DNA of 64,000 nt from positions 1,178,001 through 1,242,000 of the forward strand of contig OZ025784.1 of the NCBI GenBank assembly GCA_964019425.1. Direction: 5' to 3'. Origin of the DNA: Flectonema sp. DT1601 (taxonomy: Eukaryota). The first letter of the stretch is position 1, and the number at the start of each line of letters is the position of its first letter. This document shows positions 11,068 to 22,639 of this stretch, piece after piece. Below the pieces are notes generated by a model. It had not been told where the DNA came from, searched no databases, and saw only the letters and a list, made by a program, of their open reading frames with translations. The translations under genes were made by a program, and so were the position numbers.

Positions 11068-12495
11068 CTACTGCGACACACATGTCTCGAGCGAGTTGAA
11101 ACCGATCTGGCCGTTACCTTGGCACACACTGCCGGTAGGGCACTGTTCGCGCCTGTTGACCGGAGCACAAGATCCGCTCTCACAGAACTGGTAGCAAACA
11201 TCTCCGACCGAGAGGACCGCCTGGCAGGTGCTCTCCGAGTTGAATCCAATCGCGCCGGTTGACTTGCACTCCGAACCTGACGGGCACTGCTCGCGCCTGC
11301 TCACAGGGACACAGTTGTTCCCTCCTTCGCAGAAGCGGTAGCAAACGTCTCCAACCGAAATCTCCTCCGAGCAGGTGTGGCGCGAGTTGAATCCGATGGA
11401 ACCGTCTCCCTTGCACACCGTTCCCGTTGGGCACTGGTCACGCTTGTTCACTGGTGCGCAGTCTCCGGCTTCACAGAACTGGTAGCAGACATCTCCGACA
11501 GCCAAGACTTCCTGCTGACAAGTGTGGTGCGAGTTGAATCCGATGGAACCGTCTCCCTTGCACACCGTTCCCGTTGGGCACTGGTCACGCTTGTTCACTG
11601 GTGCGCAGTTTCCGGCTTCACAGAACTGGTAGCAGACATCTCCGACAGCCAAGACTTCCTGCTGACAAGTGTGGTGCGAGTTGAATCCGATGGAACCGTC
11701 TCCCTTGCACACCGTTCCCGTTGGGCACTGGTCACGCTTGTTCACTGGTGCGCAGTCTCCGGCTTCACAGAACTGGTAGCAGACATCTCCGACTGAAAGT
11801 TCCTCCTCGTCCTCCTCCTCCTTCTTTGGTGCTACGCAGGTGTGGCGCGAGTTGAATCCGATGGAACCGTCTCCCTTGCACTCCGTTCCCGTTGGGCACT
11901 GGTCGCGCTTGTTCACCGGTGCGCAGTCTCCGGCCTCGCAGAACTGGTAGCAGACATCTCCGACCGAAAGAAGGGTTCCCTCACACGTCCAATCCAACTC
12001 GAACCCGGTCCTCTTCACACTGTAGTCGGAAGTGAAGTGCACGAAGATTCCATCCTCACCCTCTACCACGGTGTTCGAAGGAACCTTGTTTCCCGAGTGC
12101 CACGACAACAGAGGTGACGCGACAGAGATCACCCCGCCGCTGACCGCGTGCGCGCTCACGAAGTCGTATCCGCTCTCCGTCTCGAAAGCCTTCCACTGCA
12201 ACTCCGCACGCTTTCCCGGACACTTGAAGTAGAAGCACGCCTTCTCGTGGTTGCTGTACTTTCCGCTCCCCACCGGGTAGTCCAACGTTCCCGATGACGC
12301 CTCGAACACCTGCGCCGACCTGCACCCCGCCGGAAACGCGAACTTCTTCGCAACACAGGTTGCCGCTCCCTTCTCAACCACGCACACGCTCTTGTCAGCT
12401 GGGCAGTCAATGAGGTTGCAAGGGTTTTCCTGCGACAGCGCACCCGCCACCAGCATCCCTCCTACCATCAATTTCTTCATGGACATGGACATCAT
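11068..12495 (-). CDS. CUB + Cys-repeat secreted protein, 6 repeats (475 aa)
   Basis: Translation identical to the 1627..3054 copy. Confidence 0.88.
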   Translation of the reverse strand: MMSMSMKKLMVGGMLVAGALSQENPCNLIDCPADKSVCVVEKGAATCVAKKFAFPAGCRSAQVFEASSGTLDYPVGSGKYSNHEKACFYFKCPGKRAELQWKAFETESGYDFVSAHAVSGGVISVASPLLSWHSGNKVPSNTVVEGEDGIFVHFTSDYSVKRTGFELDWTCEGTLLSVGDVCYQFCEAGDCAPVNKRDQCPTGTECKGDGSIGFNSRHTCVAPKKEEEDEEELSVGDVCYQFCEAGDCAPVNKRDQCPTGTVCKGDGSIGFNSHHTCQQEVLAVGDVCYQFCEAGNCAPVNKRDQCPTGTVCKGDGSIGFNSHHTCQQEVLAVGDVCYQFCEAGDCAPVNKRDQCPTGTVCKGDGSIGFNSRHTCSEEISVGDVCYRFCEGGNNCVPVSRREQCPSGSECKSTGAIGFNSESTCQAVLSVGDVCYQFCESGSCAPVNRREQCPTGSVCQGNGQIGFNSLETCVSQ

Positions 12496-14018
12496 TTCTT
12501 GTTTTTTTTTTTTTTCCTTTTTTTTTCTAATAATCTGGAGGGAGAGCAAAAGAGAAGATTAGTCTACCGTTTCCACTATGTCAACGTCCGCTCACTCTTC
12601 AAAAACAACCTCATTCGAGTTCGCACACAACGCAATTCGAACCAACAAGTTGCAAAAAGAATGAAAAAAACAAAAAGAAAGAAAAAAACAAAAAGAATGA
12701 AACAAAGAAAAAAAGAGGAAGGGAATCGACCGATCGCTTTCTAGCCAGCAGAGAAAATGAGCTGGGCAAAAAAAGGGAGGAAACCGAAGGGCGCCTTCTT
12801 TTTTTTTTTTTTTTTTTTGTTGTTGTTTTTTTTATTCGGTAAAAAAAAGGTGTGTGCCCGCGCTTCCGGAAAACCGAACAACAACAACCTTCCCACCAAT
12901 GAATGATAATAGAAATCAAATATTATGAACGGGAGAAAGAAATTGAAAAAGAAAGGGAGAAAAAAAAAAACAAAAAAAAGAGAAAACACTCTTAAAATTT
13001 AAAAAGAACCCCCAAAAAAAAAGAAGAAGAAACCCAATTTCGGCTTTCTAACTGTTTTTTTTTTTTTGGTTTTCCCTTTTGGCAAAACTCCCTCGCACCC
13101 TCGCAAAGCAGATTTCGCGGGAAGGCTTCCCCGAATGTCTTTGTCGAAGCTGCAAGGGAGTGAAAGGACCAACATTTGCCGACGTGCGGCAAGGGAATCC
13201 TTCGTAAAGTAATTATTATGGTTTTTCTATTTATTTCGTTTCTGTTCAGCAACGGCTGCCAAACAACAAACAAACAAACAAACAAAGCAAGAGGGAGAGG
13301 GAGAGGAGAAAACAAAGCAGAGAAAAAACAGAGTGGCCGATGGGCTGTTGGGAAGAAGGGTGGCGAAAGAACACACACACATCCGCCAACAACAACACCA
13401 CCCGCCCCCCACTCTCTCTTTTTTCATTCCGTGCCTTGCTCCCAACCCCCCACCCCAAAAAGAAAAAAGAAAAGCGGGAACCAATCGGTCCCCCCCTTGT
13501 CTTTTTTAGCGCCCTGTGGGGCGTGTGATTTTTTTCAAAAAGAAAAAGAAGGGCAAAGCAAAAGAAAAAAGATTTTTTAAAACAAATAAAAAAAGCGCAG
13601 TAAAATGAAAGCACGTCGCGCCTCTCGTGTAGTTCGGTTCACGCAGCCTTTCTATTTTTCCCCGCGGGAGGAAAAAAGATTCCAGACAGCCGAAGCTGCC
13701 CGCTGCATGATGACGGGGAATAAACAAACACACACAGTAGACAGTAGACACACAAAAGAAAACTTTTCGACGGCGAAGGACGACGACGAGGACGAGGACG
13801 AGGACGACGACGAGAAGGAAAAACGAATTGAAAACTCAGAAATTGAAAAAGCTGTGCGAATGGAAAGCAACAAAGGAGACAACAAAAAAGAAAGAAAAAA
13901 AACAGAGTCCGATTAGACTTTGCTTTCCCCAACTTACTAAATTATTGAAATTCACTCAAACAATATTTAAAAAGAGCGAAGAAACTACAAAACGCAACCT
14001 ACTACTAGGTAGGCCACT

Positions 14019-15446
14019 CTACTGCGACACACATGTCTCGAGCGAGTTGAAACCGATCTGGCCGTTACCTTGGCACACACTGCCGGTAGGGCACTGTTCG
14101 CGCCTGTTGACCGGAGCACAAGATCCGCTCTCACAGAACTGGTAGCAAACATCTCCGACCGAGAGGACCGCCTGGCAGGTGCTCTCCGAGTTGAATCCAA
14201 TCGCGCCGGTTGACTTGCACTCCGAACCTGACGGGCACTGCTCGCGCCTGCTCACAGGGACACAGTTGTTCCCTCCTTCGCAGAAGCGGTAGCAAACGTC
14301 TCCAACCGAAATCTCCTCCGAGCAGGTGTGGCGCGAGTTGAATCCGATGGAACCGTCTCCCTTGCACACCGTTCCCGTTGGGCACTGGTCACGCTTGTTC
14401 ACTGGTGCGCAGTCTCCGGCTTCACAGAACTGGTAGCAGACATCTCCGACAGCCAAGACTTCCTGCTGACAAGTGTGGTGCGAGTTGAATCCGATGGAAC
14501 CGTCTCCCTTGCACACCGTTCCCGTTGGGCACTGGTCACGCTTGTTCACTGGTGCGCAGTTTCCGGCTTCACAGAACTGGTAGCAGACATCTCCGACAGC
14601 CAAGACTTCCTGCTGACAAGTGTGGTGCGAGTTGAATCCGATGGAACCGTCTCCCTTGCACACCGTTCCCGTTGGGCACTGGTCACGCTTGTTCACTGGT
14701 GCGCAGTCTCCGGCTTCACAGAACTGGTAGCAGACATCTCCGACTGAAAGTTCCTCCTCGTCCTCCTCCTCCTTCTTTGGTGCTACGCAGGTGTGGCGCG
14801 AGTTGAATCCGATGGAACCGTCTCCCTTGCACTCCGTTCCCGTTGGGCACTGGTCGCGCTTGTTCACCGGTGCGCAGTCTCCGGCCTCGCAGAACTGGTA
14901 GCAGACATCTCCGACCGAAAGAAGGGTTCCCTCACACGTCCAATCCAACTCGAACCCGGTCCTCTTCACACTGTAGTCGGAAGTGAAGTGCACGAAGATT
15001 CCATCCTCACCCTCTACCACGGTGTTCGAAGGAACCTTGTTTCCCGAGTGCCACGACAACAGAGGTGACGCGACAGAGATCACCCCGCCGCTGACCGCGT
15101 GCGCGCTCACGAAGTCGTATCCGCTCTCCGTCTCGAAAGCCTTCCACTGCAACTCCGCACGCTTTCCCGGACACTTGAAGTAGAAGCACGCCTTCTCGTG
15201 GTTGCTGTACTTTCCGCTCCCCACCGGGTAGTCCAACGTTCCCGATGACGCCTCGAACACCTGCGCCGACCTGCACCCCGCCGGAAACGCGAACTTCTTC
15301 GCAACACAGGTTGCCGCTCCCTTCTCAACCACGCACACGCTCTTGTCAGCTGGGCAGTCAATGAGGTTGCAAGGGTTTTCCTGCGACAGCGCACCCGCCA
15401 CCAGCATCCCTCCTACCATCAATTTCTTCATGGACATGGACATCAT
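14019..15446 (-). CDS. CUB + Cys-repeat secreted protein, 6 repeats (475 aa)
   Basis: Translation identical to the 1627..3054 copy. Confidence 0.88.
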   Translation of the reverse strand: MMSMSMKKLMVGGMLVAGALSQENPCNLIDCPADKSVCVVEKGAATCVAKKFAFPAGCRSAQVFEASSGTLDYPVGSGKYSNHEKACFYFKCPGKRAELQWKAFETESGYDFVSAHAVSGGVISVASPLLSWHSGNKVPSNTVVEGEDGIFVHFTSDYSVKRTGFELDWTCEGTLLSVGDVCYQFCEAGDCAPVNKRDQCPTGTECKGDGSIGFNSRHTCVAPKKEEEDEEELSVGDVCYQFCEAGDCAPVNKRDQCPTGTVCKGDGSIGFNSHHTCQQEVLAVGDVCYQFCEAGNCAPVNKRDQCPTGTVCKGDGSIGFNSHHTCQQEVLAVGDVCYQFCEAGDCAPVNKRDQCPTGTVCKGDGSIGFNSRHTCSEEISVGDVCYRFCEGGNNCVPVSRREQCPSGSECKSTGAIGFNSESTCQAVLSVGDVCYQFCESGSCAPVNRREQCPTGSVCQGNGQIGFNSLETCVSQ

Positions 15447-16969
15447 TTCTTGTTTTTTTTTTTTTTCCTTTTTTTTTCTAATAATCTGGAGGGAGAGCAA
15501 AAGAGAAGATTAGTCTACCGTTTCCACTATGTCAACGTCCGCTCACTCTTCAAAAACAACCTCATTCGAGTTCGCACACAACGCAATTCGAACCAACAAG
15601 TTGCAAAAAGAATGAAAAAAACAAAAAGAAAGAAAAAAACAAAAAGAATGAAACAAAGAAAAAAAGAGGAAGGGAATCGACCGATCGCTTTCTAGCCAGC
15701 AGAGAAAATGAGCTGGGCAAAAAAAGGGAGGAAACCGAAGGGCGCCTTCTTTTTTTTTTTTTTTTTTTTGTTGTTGTTTTTTTTATTCGGTAAAAAAAAG
15801 GTGTGTGCCCGCGCTTCCGGAAAACCGAACAACAACAACCTTCCCACCAATGAATGATAATAGAAATCAAATATTATGAACGGGAGAAAGAAATTGAAAA
15901 AGAAAGGGAGAAAAAAAAAAACAAAAAAAAGAGAAAACACTCTTAAAATTTAAAAAGAACCCCCAAAAAAAAAGAAGAAGAAACCCAATTTCGGCTTTCT
16001 AACTGTTTTTTTTTTTTTGGTTTTCCCTTTTGGCAAAACTCCCTCGCACCCTCGCAAAGCAGATTTCGCGGGAAGGCTTCCCCGAATGTCTTTGTCGAAG
16101 CTGCAAGGGAGTGAAAGGACCAACATTTGCCGACGTGCGGCAAGGGAATCCTTCGTAAAGTAATTATTATGGTTTTTCTATTTATTTCGTTTCTGTTCAG
16201 CAACGGCTGCCAAACAACAAACAAACAAACAAACAAAGCAAGAGGGAGAGGGAGAGGAGAAAACAAAGCAGAGAAAAAACAGAGTGGCCGATGGGCTGTT
16301 GGGAAGAAGGGTGGCGAAAGAACACACACACATCCGCCAACAACAACACCACCCGCCCCCCACTCTCTCTTTTTTCATTCCGTGCCTTGCTCCCAACCCC
16401 CCACCCCAAAAAGAAAAAAGAAAAGCGGGAACCAATCGGTCCCCCCCTTGTCTTTTTTAGCGCCCTGTGGGGCGTGTGATTTTTTTCAAAAAGAAAAAGA
16501 AGGGCAAAGCAAAAGAAAAAAGATTTTTTAAAACAAATAAAAAAAGCGCAGTAAAATGAAAGCACGTCGCGCCTCTCGTGTAGTTCGGTTCACGCAGCCT
16601 TTCTATTTTTCCCCGCGGGAGGAAAAAAGATTCCAGACAGCCGAAGCTGCCCGCTGCATGATGACGGGGAATAAACAAACACACACAGTAGACAGTAGAC
16701 ACACAAAAGAAAACTTTTCGACGGCGAAGGACGACGACGAGGACGAGGACGAGGACGACGACGAGAAGGAAAAACGAATTGAAAACTCAGAAATTGAAAA
16801 AGCTGTGCGAATGGAAAGCAACAAAGGAGACAACAAAAAAGAAAGAAAAAAAACAGAGTCCGATTAGACTTTGCTTTCCCCAACTTACTAAATTATTGAA
16901 ATTCACTCAAACAATATTTAAAAAGAGCGAAGAAACTACAAAACGCAACCTACTACTAGGTAGGCCACT

Positions 16970-18544
16970 CTACTGCGACACACATGTCTCGAGCGAGTTG
17001 AAACCGATCTGGCCGTTACCTTGGCACACACTGCCGGTAGGGCACTGTTCGCGCCTGTTGACCGGAGCACAAGATCCGCTCTCACAGAACTGGTAGCAAA
17101 CATCTCCGACCGAGAGGACCGCCTGGCAGGTGCTCTCCGAGTTGAATCCAATCGCGCCGGTTGACTTGCACTCCGAACCTGACGGGCACTGCTCGCGCCT
17201 GCTCACAGGGACACAGTTGTTCCCTCCTTCGCAGAAGCGGTAGCAAACGTCTCCAACCGAAATCTCCTCCGAGCAGGTGTGGCGCGAGTTGAATCCGATG
17301 GAACCGTCTCCCTTGCACACCGTTCCCGTTGGGCACTGGTCACGCTTGTTCACTGGTGCGCAGTCTCCGGCTTCACAGAACTGGTAGCAGACATCTCCGA
17401 CAGCCAAGACTTCCTGCTGACAAGTGTGGTGCGAGTTGAATCCGATGGAACCGTCTCCCTTGCACACCGTTCCCGTTGGGCACTGGTCACGCTTGTTCAC
17501 TGGTGCGCAGTTTCCGGCTTCACAGAACTGGTAGCAGACATCTCCGACAGCCAAGACTTCCTGCTGACAAGTGTGGTGCGAGTTGAATCCGATGGAACCG
17601 TCTCCCTTGCACACCGTTCCCGTTGGGCACTGGTCACGCTTGTTCACTGGTGCGCAGTTTCCGGCTTCACAGAACTGGTAGCAGACATCTCCGACAGCCA
17701 AGACTTCCTGCTGACAAGTGTGGTGCGAGTTGAATCCGATGGAACCGTCTCCCTTGCACACCGTTCCCGTTGGGCACTGGTCACGCTTGTTCACTGGTGC
17801 GCAGTCTCCGGCTTCACAGAACTGGTAGCAGACATCTCCGACTGAAAGTTCCTCCTCGTCCTCCTCCTCCTTCTTTGGTGCTACGCAGGTGTGGCGCGAG
17901 TTGAATCCGATGGAACCGTCTCCCTTGCACTCCGTTCCCGTTGGGCACTGGTCGCGCTTGTTCACCGGTGCGCAGTCTCCGGCCTCGCAGAACTGGTAGC
18001 AGACATCTCCGACCGAAAGAAGGGTTCCCTCACACGTCCAATCCAACTCGAACCCGGTCCTCTTCACACTGTAGTCGGAAGTGAAGTGCACGAAGATTCC
18101 ATCCTCACCCTCTACCACGGTGTTCGAAGGAACCTTGTTTCCCGAGTGCCACGACAACAGAGGTGACGCGACAGAGATCACCCCGCCGCTGACCGCGTGC
18201 GCGCTCACGAAGTCGTATCCGCTCTCCGTCTCGAAAGCCTTCCACTGCAACTCCGCACGCTTTCCCGGACACTTGAAGTAGAAGCACGCCTTCTCGTGGT
18301 TGCTGTACTTTCCGCTCCCCACCGGGTAGTCCAACGTTCCCGATGACGCCTCGAACACCTGCGCCGACCTGCACCCCGCCGGAAACGCGAACTTCTTCGC
18401 AACACAGGTTGCCGCTCCCTTCTCAACCACGCACACGCTCTTGTCAGCTGGGCAGTCAATGAGGTTGCAAGGGTTTTCCTGCGACAGCGCACCCGCCACC
18501 AGCATCCCTCCTACCATCAATTTCTTCATGGACATGGACATCAT
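16970..18544 (-). CDS. CUB + Cys-repeat secreted protein, 7 repeats (524 aa); first copy in transcription order
   Basis: ORF track starts at MMSMSM here, supporting this Met as the true start. Confidence 0.9.
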   Translation of the reverse strand: MMSMSMKKLMVGGMLVAGALSQENPCNLIDCPADKSVCVVEKGAATCVAKKFAFPAGCRSAQVFEASSGTLDYPVGSGKYSNHEKACFYFKCPGKRAELQWKAFETESGYDFVSAHAVSGGVISVASPLLSWHSGNKVPSNTVVEGEDGIFVHFTSDYSVKRTGFELDWTCEGTLLSVGDVCYQFCEAGDCAPVNKRDQCPTGTECKGDGSIGFNSRHTCVAPKKEEEDEEELSVGDVCYQFCEAGDCAPVNKRDQCPTGTVCKGDGSIGFNSHHTCQQEVLAVGDVCYQFCEAGNCAPVNKRDQCPTGTVCKGDGSIGFNSHHTCQQEVLAVGDVCYQFCEAGNCAPVNKRDQCPTGTVCKGDGSIGFNSHHTCQQEVLAVGDVCYQFCEAGDCAPVNKRDQCPTGTVCKGDGSIGFNSRHTCSEEISVGDVCYRFCEGGNNCVPVSRREQCPSGSECKSTGAIGFNSESTCQAVLSVGDVCYQFCESGSCAPVNRREQCPTGSVCQGNGQIGFNSLETCVSQ

Positions 18545-19347
18545 TTCTTGTTTTTTTTTTTTTCCTTTTTTTTTCTAATAATCTGGAGGGAGAGCAAAAG
18601 AGAAGATTAGTCTACCGTTTCCACTATGTCAACGTCCGCTCACTCTTCAAAAACAACCTCATTCGAGTTCGCACACAACGCAATTCGAACCAACAAGTTG
18701 CAAAAAGAATGAAACAAAAAGAAAAAGAGGAGTGGGAATCGACCGATAGCTTTCTAGCCAGCATGAGCTGGGCAAAAAAAGGGAAGAAATCGATGGATGT
18801 CAACTGTTGTTGTGATGTTGAAGCTTGTGAGCTTATCATTAACACGGGGGTATACTTGACTAAGACAGTTTACTCTGATAATTGCAATGGCCGAGTAGAA
18901 ATAGATGCTAATAAAAGAAAATAAAATTGACGTTTATAAGTTCAGAATCCCAGACAGAGAATACCAAACTGAGAAAAAATAAAATTACATCAAGACCATC
19001 GTAGTATAAATAAATAAGGAGATAAGATTGCCTTCCAGTAAGAATAAAAAGACATATTTCCTTGTAAGCAACAACCGAAGTGTTTTACAAAAGGAATTGA
19101 GAGAAACAATATAATAAATTCCGGACTAAAGCGAAGCTTAAAAACTACACACCTGATGAAGGAAGTGGTTTGAGTTAACACCTGACCAGCTGGCCAGTAA
19201 TTTAGTTAAATTACAAGTATGGTATAAATTGTAGTTCTCAATGAATTCTCAAGAAAGGTGGGGGAGCTGAATACAATATCTATTGTGGGCTCCCCTTGTG
19301 AAGTTTTATAATTACTATTCGCTACGTGTTTAGAATCATCATCTGGT

Positions 19348-20331
19348 CTACGGAAGGCTGATGTGAATATCAAACAGGTCTTCAGGAAGTCCGTACTTCG
19401 CAGATCTCTCGGCATGCACGCGACTGAAATCTTCGTATTGTTTAACTGTGAACGTTTCCTTCCACTTTCCAGAAGATCCCTGCCTGATGTGATTCTTCTT
19501 CACATAACGACCCTCCTTCTCACGAACAATTGCATTCTCTGCGAACTGTTTCTTCATGTAATCAAAACCTGAAGCCTTCACAACCTTCTCAAGGAGTTCC
19601 TCACTCAGTGGAATTTCCAAAAACTTTGCAATTCGTGTAATCGCCTCGCTCGGGTTGCCCTTCAGCTCTTCGAATGTGATCCACATTTTGTTCTCATCTT
19701 CCTTCGCAGCTTTGTACCACTCTCCTTGCCATGACCAATAACAACCAGACTCAACTAAGTTCCTTAAAAATAATTTGTTCACAAAGTGTTCCCAAGGACC
19801 AGAGTACTTTGAACCAGCGCCATCACGACTGTGATGGAACATCGAGACAGCAGCATCGAAGGGGTTTCTTGACACCACAATTACCTTGGAACCCTTCTCC
19901 TCAACACTCCACGGGACTTGGTGGTTGCACGAGTGAGTTTTATAAACGCGTCTGTTTCCGACAGAAGGCTCGTGAGGACCCTTTCCCATAGTCATCTGAC
20001 TCTCAATCCAAGGAGACTGAACAAATATATCAGTCACTTGTGTAGCATCTCCATCAGCGAGTAACAGCAGAACGATTTGTTGCATCCAAGTGGTTCCACA
20101 CTTTGGATAAGTAGCGATCGCGATGTCAGTCGCTTCTAACTTCCAATTCTTCGTCTGCTCCACAACTGGAGCTATTTTCATAACAGTCGGTTGAATGATT
20201 CCATCTCTGATAGTCGCAACGTATCCAAACTCATCGATAGCAAATACATCTCCACACTCTGGTGACCTTCCAAATTGATCTCCCGTTTCGATATTCCTCA
20301 CCGTGGTCATGTCGAAGTCAACAGCCGACAT
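19348..20331 (-). CDS. Cytosolic-type (Sulfotransfer_1) sulfotransferase
   Basis: 5'-PSB loop ATYPKCGTTW, KTH catalytic His, 3'-PB motif VSRNPFDAAVS, C-terminal IRQGSSGKWK (RKGxxGDWK-like). Confidence 0.93.
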   Translation of the reverse strand: MSAVDFDMTTVRNIETGDQFGRSPECGDVFAIDEFGYVATIRDGIIQPTVMKIAPVVEQTKNWKLEATDIAIATYPKCGTTWMQQIVLLLLADGDATQVTDIFVQSPWIESQMTMGKGPHEPSVGNRRVYKTHSCNHQVPWSVEEKGSKVIVVSRNPFDAAVSMFHHSRDGAGSKYSGPWEHFVNKLFLRNLVESGCYWSWQGEWYKAAKEDENKMWITFEELKGNPSEAITRIAKFLEIPLSEELLEKVVKASGFDYMKKQFAENAIVREKEGRYVKKNHIRQGSSGKWKETFTVKQYEDFSRVHAERSAKYGLPEDLFDIHISLP

Positions 20332-20808
20332 GTTTCTTTCTTATAATGACTCGTTAATACACTTTTATAGAAATTAAAACATCACTCTTTACAGAGATCG
20401 TATCCAACTAAGTAACCTACTCTGTCACAGAGGTGTGTGTTTCACCACAGAAGGAAGAGAAGAATAAGATGAAAGCAACGTATAAAACCCCAAAAAAATT
20501 GTAGTAATGTCTCCCTATGTGAATACCTGTTTGAGAATTAAGATAAAAGTGTTAGAATCTCCATTACCGAATCCATAATTTTTCTAAACCATTAATAACA
20601 AGGCTGACAACAAGAATAGATTTGAGAGGGGAAAATCGGAATAAGAGAGGAAGGGAAATTAAAAGGCATTCTGACCCTTTCATTTCTTTTTTTTTTTTTT
20701 TTTCGAATTTCCTTCCACCAGATTCAACAAAAAAGAAATCAGGTAAAAGCTCCAGCTGACAAAGGCAAGAACCATACTAAGATGTGTTTTCTTCCCGGCA
20801 TTTTAAGG

Positions 20809-20839
<31 letters not shown>

Positions 20840-21439
20840 ATAAGATTACTACTACACTAACTGTGGTGTTTTCTAAAATTATAACAAAAAAAAAAAATTT
20901 TTTTTTTTACTCAACACTTTTTTGTATCTCTTTTGTGCTTATTATTATTTTTTTTATTTTTTTTTTGCATTTAACAAGTATTGTGAGAACGAAAAAGAAT
21001 GTTGGCAGCAACACGTAAACCTCCTTTAGCTTTATCAGTTTAAGTCGGTTCACGGTTTCGTGCACAAACAAAAAATCACAGTGTTATATCATTATTTTCT
21101 GTATAGTTGAAGATAAAGCCAATTCTTTTTTACAGAATAATTGATTAACGGGTTGCAAAAATAAAAAATTTAAAAAAAAAACAATGCGAGCTATAAGAGA
21201 CACAAATAATTATTAATAAACATAACGAGACAGTGCTAATAAAATAAAAAAAAAAAATTATTTAAAAAAATCTATTTAAAAAAAAAAAAAAATGAAATAA
21301 TAATAATAAAATACTAAACTACAAAAAGAGTGACAATATCAAAAAAATATATAAAAAAAAATAAATACAAAGCTAACTTTTCATTGCTAAAAGCTCTAAA
21401 AAAAAAGAAGAAAAAAAGCAACACAGCTGTGATTTTCAA

Positions 21440-21697
21440 TTAAATAGCATTCTCGACTATTGGCAATGGTGGAGGAGCCTGTTGTTGCATTGGGACACTT
21501 CCAACTGCACCAACTGTTGATTGGTGTTCATCAACTTTGTATGAGCCGTTTTCTAGAGCAGCTATGTCATCCCAGCTTACGAGTTCATTCTTCCCTCTCT
21601 TTCTTAAAACAAGACCAGCAATAATTCCAATCATAATCACAAGAAATAGACCTGCTCCTGCATAATGAAACCACTCAAGGTCTGAAATAAAAGACAT
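21440..21697 (-). CDS. Small single-pass membrane protein (85 aa), hypothetical
   Basis: ATG start; TM helix AGAGLFLVIMIGIIAGLVL followed by RKRGK; protein-like composition inside homopolymer-rich flanks. Confidence 0.65.
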   Translation of the reverse strand: MSFISDLEWFHYAGAGLFLVIMIGIIAGLVLRKRGKNELVSWDDIAALENGSYKVDEHQSTVGAVGSVPMQQQAPPPLPIVENAI

Positions 21698-22239
21698 CTT
21701 TGCGAGAAAATTCTCTTTCTTTTTTTTTTTTTTAAAAAAACTGTGCGGGGGGGAGAAAAAAAAAAAATAAAATAAAAAATCAAAATTATCCTAAACTACC
21801 CTACAATATAACGATATTGTGATTTGATAAAACAACAAAAAAAAAAAAAAACCCCCCCCCCCTTACATCTCCAACAATAGACATGTTTTTTTGCAGTTGC
21901 TGTAAAAAAAATGATATAGCCATGTATAACACACACAATAAAAACTGAAGCCATTCCATGTAGAAAATGAGGAAAAGCAGATTAATGAGCAAGGGATTGA
22001 CTGAAGGAAACATTTGTAGTTGTTATTCAAAGAAAGGGTTTATGTTTGAAAAAAAAAAAAAAAGAAAGCCATAAGAAAAAAAGGGGAGGGGGAAATTTTT
22101 TTCGTTTATTTTGACCAGAAGTTGTCCAGATCGATTAGCAAGGGAGATATGTTTTTTTTTTTTTTTTTCTTTTTTTTTTCTTAAGAGCTAAAAGCAACAC
22201 TCTTTCCGTACACATAAAACACATCACATGTCACGCTGT

Positions 22240-22543
22240 CCGAATAAGACTGCGTGTCAAAGGCACATCGGCGATAGTAACAGTTGAGAGAGAGACGTTG
22301 TTATAATAATCAAAAAAAAAGTAATTTTTAAAAGGAAAAAAGTGGAACGAGGAAAATCTCTATTTAGATTCGTATGCAGAAGTGGCGATAAGGATCAACT
22401 CAACCTTTTCAATTGGGTTAATGTTGTTTTCAATGACTGTATCCATTACATTCTTAACAAAGCAATGAGTAGACGCTACGATGACATGTAATTCAGCATC
22501 TGGGACATCCATCGCACCACTTCTTGTTAAGGAGTCTAAGAGG
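22240..22543 (-). pseudogene. Decayed tandem duplicate of the 3' end and 3' flank of the 911-aa gene
   Basis: 22400-22543 closely matches 22750-22893 (LLDSLTRSGAMDVPDAELHVIVASTHCF...). 22240-22365 resembles 22545-22626 with indels. Confidence 0.8.
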
Positions 22544-22639
22544 CCGAATAAGACGGCGTGTCGAGAGAGAGAGAGAGTTCGTTATAATAATCAAAAAAAA
22601 AAAAGTGAAACGAGAAAATCTCTATTGAGTCTCAGTCCC

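Larger units (their letters stand above)
1..18790. repeat. Tandem gene array; unit 2,951 bp plus 0-3 extra 147-bp internal repeats; continues beyond the left edge
   Basis: Start codons recur at 103, 3054, 6152, 9544, 12495, 15446 and 18544 (spacings 2951, 3098, 3392, 2951, 2951, 3098). Spacers are essentially identical, and identity decays after ~18,710. Confidence 0.97.
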
